Assembly (NCBI GenBank): GCA_976226885.1
Contig: OZ320313.1
Coordinates: forward strand, 38,440,001 to 38,504,000
Length of the DNA: 64,000 nucleotides
Source of the DNA: Iphione sp. A-MEVVRFRX5
Taxonomy: Eukaryota
Direction of reading: 5' to 3'
The notes under the pieces are model-generated. The model saw only the letters and a program-made list of their open reading frames with translations, searched no databases and was not told the origin of the DNA. Below, in pieces: positions 11,602 through 25,968 of the stretch. Positions within the stretch are counted from its first letter, which is position 1. Each line of letters opens with the position of its first letter. Both the position numbers and the translations under genes were made by a program.

Positions 11602-14600
11602 GGTTCGAGTAGCGTATGTCAATAGTTATGTATTGATCGTACCCATAGGCAATGCCCGCGCCTTCCATAGTGTGGTGGTATTACATAACTTTAGCGTTTT
11701 GACGGCCATTTGGTGGCCTTTGACCGACATCCGCCTTCATATGCATGCGTACAAGGTCGCACTGTGTTAAGTCGGGGTTCTACTTACAGTGTCAGGTGGC
11801 GTGAATGGATCACGTGGCCAAGAGGTCATATGATTAAGGTCGTGTACCGACGGTGGGCTGAGTGGGATGGTGAGTAGGCGTGTTCGTGGGAGCTATAGTC
11901 AGTGGTCTTGTGGATAAGTAAAGCTCCATGGTTCATGGCTGTATACGAATAACTGTTAAGTTGGTCGTTGTGGTGCAGTCCTACCAATTACTCATGGTTT
12001 TAGTTAAGGTGAATTTTTATTCGAAGCATACCTCATCTCTAGGGTTTTGTCTATGGTAGGGAAGTGTATGTGGTTTTAGATATAATAGTTATTTTGTATT
12101 CCAAATGATATTCGTTGGTCACTTTTTCCTATTTTTGCAGTGATATTTTGTGTGCTTCCATTTTCGGGTTAGTTCCCTTACATTAAATCATCTGGCTCAC
12201 GCACTGGGCCGCCTCCCACTTCCCGGGCTAATTACCAAGTCCAGGTGCACCTTACAAGGTTAAAGCAATAGTTCTAAGGAGCAGCTGGTCCTAGCAGCAA
12301 GAAAAGCATGTCACAAGTTCAGTATAGCTCACAAATAGCTACATCACCGCCCAACACTCCACCCAACACTCAATACGTACCTTCTACAATCAACTCCTGC
12401 ACACCACCGTCAACAACTACCATGCAATTTAATAATTAGCATCATGTGACCATCACTGATCACTGTCAACAACATCCCACTACCATCTACAACTAATAGC
12501 ATTATCCAAAATCACGCACTGCCAATACTGCTGTGGTGAAGGGCGGTTTGACTCCACCTTCGGAGAGGAAGCATTGGCTTCCAGAATGGTCTGTTGATGT
12601 CATGAGTTGAGTTTATGTGTGATTCCTAGATATAGATGCACAGTGCCTCAAAATAATGTCGCTCCGTATGGAGATTGGCTCCCATTGGCTGACTGTGATC
12701 ACCCCAAGTGACATGGCTATGCTGTACTAGCCATTCCACACCATAGCTTTGCATTGGATCCTTCTCTCTCCGGGCAGAATCCATAGGACCTAGAACCGCT
12801 GACTGACACAGACATACTATTCTACCATTTATGCTACCAACCACTGGCACATACTACCTCTGAAAGTTGGCACTTCCTACTTATCTATGTACCGCCATTC
12901 ACAGCTGCAACCACCCACTGCATCACTAAGCATCTTGAAGTGCATGAAATCATCATTACCAACTACCACCATTAGCCACAATCACCCATTGCCAACACTA
13001 CCATCAACATCACGAACTGCAACCACAGCACCACCACCAGCAACCAGCACTACCTCCATCACCACCAAGCATCCATTTCTGTCCAGAACTGACTATCACC
13101 ACCTCATACATCAATATCCAACCGTACTACCACTCACCCACCCACCCATCTGCCCACCCACTCACCGACTACCCATCCCCAACCCCTTTTATGCCTGACC
13201 TTCTTTCAAACCACCACCACACAAAGCTGAGCAGCTAGCATCAAAAGATCATCAAAGTCACCTGAAACGTTGAAATGGCGTTGTGAGATGCCTAAACACG
13301 AAGCTCAGTGGGGTCTGAACGAGGCTGGTGAGGGCTCGCTGGAGTTGCATTATTCATACACGTGCGTTCAGAGGTTCCCTCAGCGGGGAGCCAGCTATTT
13401 TTGCGTTTCTCTTCGTGCTTAAGAACTGACTGCCAGCAGAGGCTGTCTCCATAGCATGCTGGTTCTGCCACGCCCCCTCTAGAGATTGAGAAGCGTAAGA
13501 GAAACTTAAAACCTAGCATGCTACCCGCTACAAAGAATACCGTGCAGGCATTCGTACGTTAGGCCCCGCTTGCACCTGTTGAAGGACGGCCTGAATACCC
13601 GTTACAACAAGGAAAGGAAGTGACTATACCGTCACCACCAAATTCATATGGCACCCTTCCCAATGCAAATTACGTCTCCGATCCTGTAACGGAAAATGCA
13701 AGTCTTGATACATTCATATGTCGCCATATAAGTATGTTTTGATATATTGTTTGTAAATCCAACACAAAGTACATGTATATGTACCCTGGAAATATGAACA
13801 CATCAGATACGTTTGGGTCCTCTTCATTCGATTCTCGTTACCAAGATCATTTTTACTTAACAACTGTAGCGACTGAACGATCACTTAGCAGGAAACATTG
13901 TGTGCAGCTAAGCATGCATAAAGACTTCTTTATGTGTTCTGATTTGGGCACGTCTTATTAGTTCAGTCACCCGCCAAAACGCAACCGATAAATCTTATCT
14001 AAGGGCCACCAACATTTAAAGTCGACTAAGGTTGGACAATGTCCAAACTTCCTGACCATGGGATACAGCGCTTTCCGAACATTTCATTTATAAATATGTC
14101 TCATATCCAAATGCATCCTGTGCAGACCATTTTGCCTAAAAATCACTTATCTAATATTCCGTATCCAAACGAATCTCTTAACCGTACAAGTTCTGTAAGC
14201 AAGCGCCGACTGTAAATGAAAATGCTGCAGGAAACACATTCTATGCATGACATCGCCACTGAAAACAAGCGGTTTTGATTGATCTATGGTGCTTTGGGAG
14301 TTGCATTATGCTGGACACCTAATCTGCCACTCAGGTAGTGACCTGCATCTACTCACACCGATGGGAACCTCAGTAGGCTCAGTACAACATTATGCACACC
14401 TCCTCGTATGTGCAAAACTTTGCATTCAAAATTGAGGTTGAAACAAGCAGGGACATGGAAGAAATCAATGTAAAACTGGAAACCTAGGTTGATTACACAA
14501 CATAATACAGACCAACAGGGCCATATCGGTGTCTTTCCTTATACTTAACCTACCTCTTTTCAAATGATATGGTCTTGTATATATCTGTACTCTGTAAACT

Positions 14601-17600
14601 GAAAACATTTAGGCCAATTATGTTTAGCAGCAGATAGAAACACAGGGAGCGGAGAGACAGCCGTGTGGTATAACAGAAGCTCAGATATCAGATATAATTC
14701 TTCTCTAAGCATGACAGGGGAACAAAAACAGCGTTGAAAATACAGATATCCTCATCCATATTATATTTTCCCGCTGTCGGAAAAAGAATAGTCTCATATG
14801 GTTTCGACTTAACGGCATTGCGGACTGGAAGACGTAATGGATGCTTAGTGTTTGTCCCACAATCTGAGAGAGAAACCGACAGATACGTGCTCACGCGTGT
14901 ACATGTAGGCCATTCATGATTACACCAAACAGAGACACTGTGAGCATAATGTGTACAGGGACACTCCATACTCCATAAACAAATATTCACCAAGCAAACT
15001 TTGTCTAAATTGTGCAAGTATCAGTTGTGGATCTAGACATAAACCCATCTTACTGTAATGAGCGCCGAAGTACAAACTACATTTTCCTGCGAAAGACATG
15101 CATCCATTTGAATATGCACAAAGAGCCAAGCCATCCCACGTTAAAAAGGAATCTATGTATGCTCTTTCCAACAAAAAGTGTTCTTTGTAAAAGAAGATCT
15201 TAGGTACAAACATGCCTACGCCCATTTGTGCCATCCGTAGTCGTACGACTAATTTGAACCGAATCGTATAGATGTATTATCCTTTGTTCATTACGAACTT
15301 TGCTGCAAATCGGCTAAACTGAAAAAGCTATATGCGTAGAACAAGACAATCGGCCTTAACCGCCCTTCATTACGTAAAACCCTACGTAGAGATTATTCAA
15401 CCTAAATGAAAAACAATCACCTTCCGCAGAACTGCTCCGTGCGGTTTTGTTGCCTGCATTATACCCCATTTTACACATACTACTCAGAAGGCAGTTATGC
15501 CACAGGGGTATCACGGTACACTCTTAAATGGCGAAAGTTCTATTAGTAAAGGACAATACCGATTTATTCGTTGATATCAAATAACCAAAATGGACGACTA
15601 TAACCTTAGGCCTGTAGCAAGGGGACTTTGATCACTATACCATATGTCTCCCCTATGAAAAAAGGCAGCGTGTTACAAGCGGCATATATTTTACAACTCA
15701 TCGAACAGTGGGACATTTAACTTCGCTTTTAGCGACGAACATCAAAAACACTATATATATGATATCTTGAAGGGCAGTTACTTCTCTGTCTCGTGCTGCT
15801 TGCTCAGGTGGCTTCAGTTGGTAAACACCCACAAGTGAATAGAAAAATCGATACCTACCACCGTGATTATTTATCCTGCAGCCCTGTGCACCCTCTCACC
15901 ACGAATGAGCCAGCATATAAACACACATAAATATAATGAGAACTGTGTTTTTGGATGTGAATTTGTGTGTGGTACCATAGGATATGTAGTAAGAGACTAT
16001 ATAGGGGCCGCCCGTTAAATATACTAGATCCTACACAATTGGTTACACCCTTGGTATAGCCAAAATATAATACCGTACCGTGTTTAGGGTGTCTCCTGTC
16101 TTTGGTGTCCCCAGTCATGAGGTTCTACTGTATGCTGGTGGCCGTCACATGGATGAAGTGAACAAGTCATAGGACGGTAGAGGCTGGTAGGTGTAGCTGG
16201 AAAGGGGCGGATGGCACTTCCAATGAAGGCATTATAAATAATCACCCACTCATATTCTCGGTTAACTCATGCAGATCTCCTTTACCCTCCTTTACTCACT
16301 ATTCATTCATTCGAAGCACAATGCCTAATTTATATTCGGTATTACATATCCACTCACCCACCTGACCTTCTGGAGAATAGTTATACTCATGACAGCTACA
16401 CAATGATGATCTCAACAGGGTGAAAACGGCCAATGAATGGCAGTAGAGCTAACTTTAAAAACGTTATCTTTGATTTCTTACTGACTTTAAGCAATATTGC
16501 ACTGAGCCAAGCGATTCCCATTTAAATCTCTCACGTATCATTTCAAATTGTTCTGGCGAAGGCCACTAGACTGTAAACGAATTCGTACCACTCACCATGA
16601 GTATCCCTTGGAAGCGCCCCGATACAATGTATATCGAATTAAGACATCTTTACACGCTCATATACGATCAGATCTTTGGTACTGGTATTCTAAGTGGCTC
16701 CAAAATTGAGTCTTGGTCTTCACTTTACATTACATCCTTATGGCAGGAAGGCATCGTAGACGCCTAAAATGTACCCCTGACAGTCTACTACCCAAGCATC
16801 ACACGTTACAGCATGATTTTTCTTACATTCTTGTGCTTATAATATCGAAACAACTTTCACACCTTTTCAAGTGGGACAATGTTTTATATGTTCTTCCATA
16901 ACATTATGGAATTCTTGTAGCAGCGGGTCTCCTTGAAACTACGCACATGAGTCTACTACACTACACCCCATATATAATTCTAGTGCATCCTGGCCTTGGC
17001 AACCCAGACTCCTCCCATATCGTGCCCTTCAACCCCACCGTATATTATATACATTATGTATAGTGTGGGAGCCTTAGCAGCCACAGGACTGCTTCAAGTT
17101 CTTGTCATATTTGCCCCTGTCAAGTGACAGCACACCTCTTCCGTTTTCGAGCACCCACGAACGGCGTTCACAGTAATTGGTGACAACTGAGACCCCTAGC
17201 GACATAGGCCGCAGGAAAGGTGACGTCAGACGAGCTTCCGCTCAAGTGTTAGAAGATCCAATTCATCAAAACTGCAAGAGTTTCCAAAAATAAGTGTTTT
17301 TATTACTTGGGGTTTTTGGCATAATAAATTCATTCCCAGCACGTTCATAATTGCGTTGCATGGGTCATGTAACGAAGAATACCGGCAAGTTGGAAGCAGT
17401 CAGCACAGTGAGGCAGACAATTAAGAAATTATCAGGAGCATATTTAGATAGACACCCTACTCTTGCCTTTGGGATTGTTCTCTAAATAAATCACATTGGG
17501 AATAATGCCATCGAAGGAACCAGACACATTTATCCGTAACCTTGAGTTGCCCTGCTACCTGAGTTGGTTTTATTAAGGAAAATAAACATTTGGGACAAGG

Positions 17601-20600
17601 CAAATGTGCCTTTAATTTCAGGTTGCACTCCTAGTCGAGTAGCCCACCAGCTGAGTTACCACTGAAAAGGTGAGATTATGGAATCGTAGACAGCTTGACT
17701 ACACTTGGTCTGTTTTATTCACATAAAACACTATTATTGCTTGATATTTGGTACATAGGAGAATATAATATGGCCCTAGTTATAGAACACAAATAGTAAA
17801 CATGAAAAAATATATTCAAGCTTGAGGAAACAAATAGTAGTACATGTAAAGTAAGGAAATGAGGTGTGGCATAGAAATGCCGGACTGCAGAAATAGAGGA
17901 AACGAGGGATAGATTACTTAGCTTTGTTACTGACGAACGAATAGTTTCCTACCAAATCAGACTACCAAAGCAGTATGACTCATACGACCTGTAGCCATCC
18001 AATGCAACTTAGGGCCTATTTATACATTCCACCTTTCTCTTTGTTGGCCTCCTCGTCCCTTTCCTTGATTTCCTTTCTTCCCCTCCTCTATGATTCCTAT
18101 CTTACCTCTCGCTGTCCCCCTTAAAAGAATTCTCCTTTTTTTCTCTCTCCATGATCCCCCAGTACTCTATGTCCCTCTTCCCCCTTCTCCCATTTTTATA
18201 CTTCTTCAATCTCCATTTTCTTCATATCTTCTATAGGTAGCTTTATTACTACATTCGTTTTTTATATATCTCCTTCTCTGTCGGCCTCGCTCTCTCCTTT
18301 GTAACACCCAGATGCACATAAGTATGCATAGTTTTATATAGATATAGCACAAAGGGACGTGTCTAAGTAGAATTAGGCTTCCTATCATCGAAACAGAAGT
18401 AGTTCAGCAAAGTATGGACTTAGTTGGATCGGGGAAAGGAGGGAAATTAATATCCTCCATAGTGAGACCTTCAAGGACACAAGGGTCACCTTGACGTAAT
18501 TAGATTTTTGCCAGCGCCATTATCTCATGTCTGCAGTGGGGGGAAGCAGCCAATCAGCGTCGAGCTAGTGTAATAAATGTGCTTTGACACGGTAATGCAT
18601 TAGCCTGAGATTGATCGACGATTATGATGATATTTCTTTTTTTAATCGACATCTACTAAAGTCTCATAAGACCCCGTTTAGAGTGAGAGAAAGCGAAACC
18701 AAGAGAGACAGCAGAGGGTTGGGGAAGAAGTAGAGGGAAGCAAGTTGAAAGGTTAAGGAAAGTGGACGTTAAGACTGGCAGCTGTAGGGAGCTAGAGATA
18801 CACCAACAGAGAGAAGGCAGGGAGAGAGATGGGGAGGAACACACAGACGTAGGGAGAGAGGCTATGGAGAGAAGAGAGGAAACCACGTTAGCCCTGGCTC
18901 TTAGTAAAAACTGTCGTCAATACTTCATAATCGCTCCTCACATGCCATAGACCTGAAGAAAATCCGCACGTTAATGACATTTCCATTTGTATTGTCCAGG
19001 GTAGACATAATTCCCAAAAGGTTCTCAATCGTGATCGCTGAACAAATTAATTTCCTTTCTTTCGTGTAATTCGACGTATTCCATGAGAAACATTTCAAGC
19101 CATCATTGTAATTGACGGTGCGTTTGGACGTGAATCCTAAACTCCGGATGAAGCAATGGAGAACATTTAAAGCCGATATTGATATCATCCAGTTCTATAC
19201 TGTTCCGAAATATTGGCTGTGATAAAAAATAATTATGAAATAAATATTTCGAAGATGTCATGTCAGTTACTCAACTGATTCTTATTTGACAATACCTATA
19301 AACGAGTCCTTTTCGGCTTGTTTTGTGTGAGGTTCGCATAATAAGGTTGTGGTTTCGCGTGTGTGACCGTCTGGATAAGTCTTAACACCAGCATTTAAAG
19401 AGACCCATTTTCGAAATAACACCAGTTTCGTGTATTGCAGCTGTATTTTAGGCGTTATATCAGGATTTCTCTTTTTTGTCTCTATGTTGTGGAGACCTAG
19501 TTAAAAAACCAGATCACAGGAAGACCACACTATTGAGCAGAGACCAAGATTTCTAAGAACAAATCATTCTTTTTACTCTGTAGAGACTATTCTAATGAGA
19601 CTAAATTGTTGAGGAGACAAAGTTCACTCTCAAACCAAGCGCGTCTAAACTCTAGATATTTCCGTAACTCGTGATTTTTTGAAGAGGTGATTTGAATTAT
19701 CATTATGGTTGGGGCTCTCACCTCGTGGCTACACAATAAGTGAGAGAATAATAAAATAAATACTTACTAAATCCACATTTAACAAGCAAATTGGCATTAA
19801 ATTTAACACCTAAATATTAGAATAGACTACCTCGGTAAGAAGTACTCTTCAAGGTCAAACAGAAAATGGCTATGCACAAGTGAAGGGAATCGGCAACCAT
19901 ACTTTTTCTAGCAACTATCAGCCGTACTATACTGTCCCAATACGGGCATGGAATAAATGTCATTATCTCATGAAAGGAAACGTTTCTGTATTTAATTTTA
20001 ATTGCGTGAACCACCGACACATTTGTACACCGGATTGCACACACGCTGGACTATCTCTAAAGCTTCCCGGTTGTCCGTTGTTAAGCGCAGAATGTAATTA
20101 GCGGAGGGTTTTTGTTTCAACAGGGAGCACGTACCTGTTGTAGCGTACTCCATGCAGTTCGTGTTTGCCAGCTCTCCCCCTCTGACAACTGGCGCAGTCG
20201 ATGGTGTGCTAATGGCATGCTCAATCACGCCTGTCTATTCAACATGGCGACCACTTCCGTCACACCTAGCAATAGTACGACCAGGCCAGTTTTCTATTAG
20301 TGAACGTGTGCGTCTTTGATGAATGTTTGTAGAAGGTAGAAGCTGATTGGGCTGCCCCCTAGTGAGGAGTTGTACTCATTAGTGGGGCCATTGCTGTTGT
20401 TGTGTCAACCACGTACTGAGATGGCGGTAGCATTTAGCTGTGTGACAGGTGCTATATCACATGTGTACGTGTGCAGCCGACATTGATATTATCTTCGATC
20501 GAAATTGATTAGTGAGAAATAAAGGCTTTGACCTGATATGTGCGAACTATACCTTTTCATCAAATATATACTTCTAATAACATATCGAATTATATTTTAA

Positions 20601-21160
20601 GCATAGATGATTATATATATATGTATGAATCAGATTGATTGATTGGTTGAATGAAGTACGAATGACAGTGAAAATATTGTCCGGGATTTCAGTGCCGCAT
20701 GTATAACTGAATATTTATGCTTATCTAAAGGAAAATTACATAATTTTAAAAGCAGATGACAAATTCATTTATATCTCGGATAATTGTGAGCACTGGGAAC
20801 AGGTTTTCGTTCAATGAAAAAACATGGGAACCGCTGCGATCCGGGGCAACAGAGGCCTCCAAACGTCCAAAGGTGCTGTGTTGCTCATGAGATTTCTTAA
20901 ATTAGATCAATTAGATCGGGAGAAGATTGGGCCTGATTGAATTATGTGGAAGATAATTGAAGAAAGATTTGACTGGCTTCTATAGCCGAATAATTTAATA
21001 CTACCATATTAGCGCACTACCATATTACTGTATTTATCTTATTTTACTTTTATTCTTCATTTATGAAAGTGTATTCTTTATTCAGTACTTTGGATTTAAA
21101 ATGCATCCAACATCTTCTCTCATCACTTACACTGATATAGTGCATCCATTCTGCAAAAAT

Positions 21161-21324
21161 GTGTTCATATGATATGTACTGACCTATTTACACTGAATGA
21201 TATTGATATTACTTTAACCACTTCGCTACTTATCAATTATTTACTAGTGTTCATATGATATGTAGTGACCTATTTACACTGGATGATATTGATATCACTT
21301 TAACCACTTCGCTACTTATCAATT
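21161..21324. repeat. 86-bp tandem duplication
   Basis: gtgttcatatgatatgta...ccacttcgctacttatcaatt starts at 21161 and again at 21247, with few substitutions. Confidence 0.9.
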
Positions 21325-24300
21325 CTTAAGTTATTACTTTTTTTACATGTTTGATATTAATTTGCGAAAATAATACCATACCACAGTAATGGATCATGCT
21401 CCTCTTAACGTTTCAGGTTTCATTGATTTTGGTACAAAAATTATACAATAATATCTTAAGGGCAACCCGCACAACATCCCGTAAAGAATTGTAATACGTG
21501 TATATTGACGAACTGATTCTATTGCAGTCAAATAATATTAGGTTAGAATGAGACTAAATAAAATTCATTTGGATTCGAGAACAGTTAGGCTCCTTCGTTG
21601 AAGTATAACTGCGTGGAAGAATCATAATGAACCGGGAAACGAAAACAGCTTGTCTAAGCAGATTTTATACCAAGTGGTGCCAATTTTCCCGGTGGGTAAA
21701 CCTATACCCATTGCACCGTACGTAGTACTGTTTCATTTTCATTTTTATGTGTATTGATTTGTTTTATATGCCATCTGCAGCAAATTGCTTTAGATGTTTT
21801 TTCTGTTTCGTTTCCGAGATAAAGTCAATAAAGAACAAAGCACGGGCATCTATAATTATCTACACACCTTTGATTTCAACTATCACTTAGGCCTGGTATA
21901 TGTATATGTAAAGATACGCACACATACCTCAACGAAGGTAAGTAAACTCCGAGTTCCCGGTAAGATGCTGAAAACACATGGAGTCAGGAGGTAGGTGCTT
22001 AGATTGCCCAGATTTACTTGCTTAGATTTTTATGAAACTGATATTGTGTGAAGGCCAAGCCTCTAGGAAGAGAATAATGTATTTCATAAGTCTATATCAT
22101 TATTCATTCAAGAGACATGCACAAAACAAGACAGAAATATAGAGTTACAACTGGCCAAAATGTAGGTTCAGTCAGGTAAGCGGAAACACAGATCTTTTTT
22201 TATTAGGACTTATATATGACACACGTTTTATGTAGCCCAGATATGTGAGAATGCACATTAGAATAACAGTTGCCTTCATACCGGATTAAACATCTATTAC
22301 TAATTATCATGAGATTAATTTAATTGCTTCCATGTGAATATTCCTGGAATTATATATCTGATGGCCCTTTAATGAGAAAAGTAAAAATTCTGATGCAAAC
22401 CTACTGACAGGCGAGGAATATGTGGTGTCATAGAAGTAAGCCCACGTTGCAACCGCTGTAAATCTCTCTGTATATAGACATATACATTCATATGATTTTT
22501 ATGTATTTTAATATAAATATTTTAAGCTGTATCATTTACCGAACCTCACGAAATGAATCACCTATACCACCTGTTTCCCTCTAAGCCATTGCATCCAACG
22601 ATTACGGTTGCTTTCCTAACATTCACTGTTTTATACTAGGCGCCATAACCTGTGATTTAATCTCTGCCCTTAGGAATGGTTTAACCATGATATTATATCA
22701 TGTAGTGTGAATTTTAGATAGCTTATAAAACAAGCCCTGTGGTGTACAAATACTCAGTTCTCTTATTTTAGACATAAGCTTTCGTACCTCTCTCTTGCCA
22801 ATCCGCTGCCTTTTCCTCCTACCCGTTCTCACCGTGTGTCCTATCTCCAACTATTCTGTATAAATAATTTCTTTACTTGCATGCTGATTCTCCATCGTTT
22901 GACCATCCCTGATTCCATTTGTCTTGCAGCTTAAACTCTCAATACTTCTCATAACATCCTCGTTTCATTCTTTAGACCCTTATTTTTCCTGAGCATTTAA
23001 GTGATGAAGATATTCATCCGACAATATTAATGCGCTGACGTACAAGAATGAGCTATGTACAATTATGTATCAGAAGCAATTGAAGAGGTACCGCAAGAAT
23101 TACCATATCAAAAGCCTAATTGCAATATCGAAGTCTGGTAGACATATACTTGCCGCCGTCTAGTCAATCGTTCCTTATGTTATTACACAAAAGAATTGAC
23201 CCATTAAGATGGGCTGAAAGAGACATACATAGAAAAAAGGGGCTATAGACAAGAGACGGTGTCGAGGGAGTCCACAGCCCCGTTCACAATCTACGGGCAA
23301 GCTTATTGTTCTCCAGTAATATACTCATGTGTTTTTCAGATGATGTATATATTATATACAAACCTACTGTTTAAAACTGGTCTGCTCTTGAAAGCGACGC
23401 GTGTTGGGAGGGCCAACAAGTTTGCGGCCTTACAGAAGAAGGCGTTTTCCTCTTTATAGATATTATTATTTTTAGATTTTAGAAATAAACTGTTGATGCT
23501 TTCTCTCACTTAAACAATTCGGAGTTACCCGTTATAAAAGCTTTTAAACCATACTTCTCAATTATTGTGCCAGTTAGTATCTGAGATTTGCAAGTTCAAA
23601 TGAAATGGCACTCTTCGCTCGATGAATAGCGGCACCATTGAACAACAGCATTTTCTCATCACCGTTGTCCTTAATTGAAATAGAAACAACGTGGTTTCTG
23701 TAACCTCCCTCACCTTTTTTACTGCAAATATGCATACAATTTTTACTCATGACATCCCCATATTCGGCATTTGCCACATTTGGATCATTCCCCTTCCTTA
23801 TTGACCGGCATGTCTATTTATCACCACCCAATAACTGTCCTTTACCTATCATATATTGACTTACTCAGTCCCCTATCCGTCACCCAACCCCCTGCCAGTC
23901 ATTACCATTGATTCAGTCTCTGTAACGTGGCCATATAAAGAGACCCTAAACGCGCAGTGAACACCCACCACTGTTTACCCCTTCTGACTGAGGTAAACCT
24001 GTGGGGACAATAGGGATCGTGGTGAGGAGGAGGTGCGGAGCGCGAACACAATCGACCTATTGGTTGAAGGGGAGGGGGTTAGTGGAGGCGGGGAGGAAAT
24101 AGCCGACGGCGTTCTGGCCGCTGATTGGCTAAATGATTGATAGTAATTCGCCGTCGTTGGTTTCATCAGATTCCGATCAGGGGAGGGTTACTGAGGGCGA
24201 GGGGTGGATGGCTAGGAGCTTGGAAGGGGGTGGGTGGGTAGGTGGGTGGGAAGGCGAATTGAGAGTAGGGAAAGGCAAGTTATAAGGGATAGGAAAACAG

Positions 24301-25239
24301 ACAGAGGATGAGGGTGAGAGAATAGCTTAACTAATAGGTGGAAATTGATAGAATGACGGGGTGAAAGGGATGTGTGGGCTAGGGAAGATGGGGATGTAGA
24401 TAGTTAGGGTGGATGGAGGGAATGATAGACAGGACGTCGGCGGTCAGGGAACAGGGAAGGAAAAGAGAGGTACATGTGATGTAGTAGGTTTAGAGGAAGG
24501 ATTGAGGACACAGATGGGATACCAGGATGCCTGTTCGGAGGAAATTGATTGATGTGGAACAAGGTATGAAGAGGTAAGGATAAGGGGCTAGTTTCGGGTC
24601 TTGGTAGTAGGCGCTGTGAAAAGATGACTGTTACGTCAGTGCTGATATTAGGAGAAACAATTTGGTCAGGATAAAACAGCTACTCAACCTGTGAATAGTG
24701 CGTGTTTATATTTTAGCTTATATCATTAGCAGGGAGACTTACATGTCGTCAGTGCTACTTCGTTGTGTATCTTTCAGTCACGCAAAGTCGGTTTGGAAGT
24801 GCGCCTTACTGCCATAGGCTGGGGAACATCGTATGACTTCTACTGCACGTCAATTCATGGGAGATGAAAACACCCGGGAAGAAAAAAATATAATCACTTC
24901 ATAAATACACCCGTACAACAAAGTGTAATAGATTACAGCCTAGCAGAGCATTGATTTGCTTCACACACAATACCCACAGTACAATGTATTCCTCTCCCCC
25001 ATACACGTAGTGGATAGTGGGACAGATGGCTTGAACCCTGTTATGAGCCTACAGGGAAACCCCATTATACAGAATGAGACCCACTTAAGATGGCCACTCC
25101 GGGATCCTCCGCGCACATGGGGCTCTGATTATTAGTTCAGGAGAAGGCCCGGCTAGTCTGAAGTAACACTCCGAATTCAAATTATGGTAGACGATCTTTA
25201 TTTTGCGTGCGTCTATTTGACGAAACCAGAGACCAGTAC

Positions 25240-25388
25240 CTCAGGCATGCATAAATTGGCACATTCCTGCTGGAATTCACCGGAATACGTTCCCAGCTTG
25301 TGCGTTAATCGCTCAAAGGTTGCCTTTGGTAAGTATTCCCATGTTGTTGCAATTTTAATATTGCCCATACGTAACACTGATAGCAATC
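25240..25388 (-). CDS. Candidate internal coding exon, unknown gene
   Basis: Minus-strand acceptor tgtttgtctctctccttcag| and donor GAG|gtactg. 149 nt with one open frame: LLSVLRMGNIKIATTWEYLPKATFERLTHKLGTYSGEFQQECANLCMPE. No recognised homology. Confidence 0.2.
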
Positions 25389-25786
25389 CTGAAGGAGAGA
25401 GACAAACATGAGTAGTAGTATTTCATAGATTATAAGGAGATCACATCGTCATGTGTGTTAGTAATGAAGTTATTTGTTCCCCACTTTGATGTTTGGTCTG
25501 AGCCCCCATGCAATAACAACCTTTGGTTGAGCTAGAAACATAGTAAAGAACCATGAACTATAAACTATGGGCATACCACAAATATGCACATTGTACACTG
25601 TACAAGCGTTGTAAGTAGTATATGGAAAGGGATAGGGGACACGGTAAGGAGAAGGGAATTCCTCCTTTACCCATAAACAATTTACAGTCCTCTTATAAAA
25701 GATACGAAGAAGTCTCTATACAAAATGTATCTGTGTACATCTAACACAGTTTGATGATCAGCAGTGTTACATTTACGTATATATAT

Positions 25787-25933
25787 ATATGTCGAATAAG
25801 ACAGTTTATTTGAATATTGTTAGGGGATACCAAGACAACGTTCTGCATACATGGTAACCGCCATGACGACCTATGACGTCTAAGCATAGATAGAACATAT
25901 TGTACACTAACCGTCATTCCACTCCGATTTTTT
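25787..25933 (+). repeat. Split direct repeat A1 (147 bp)
   Basis: Identical to 29834-29980 by direct comparison (atatgtcgaataagacag...cattccactccgatttttt). Confidence 0.97.
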
Positions 25934-25968
25934 TGAGGAGGTGGACGTGTCGCTGGTTGTCGTGAATT

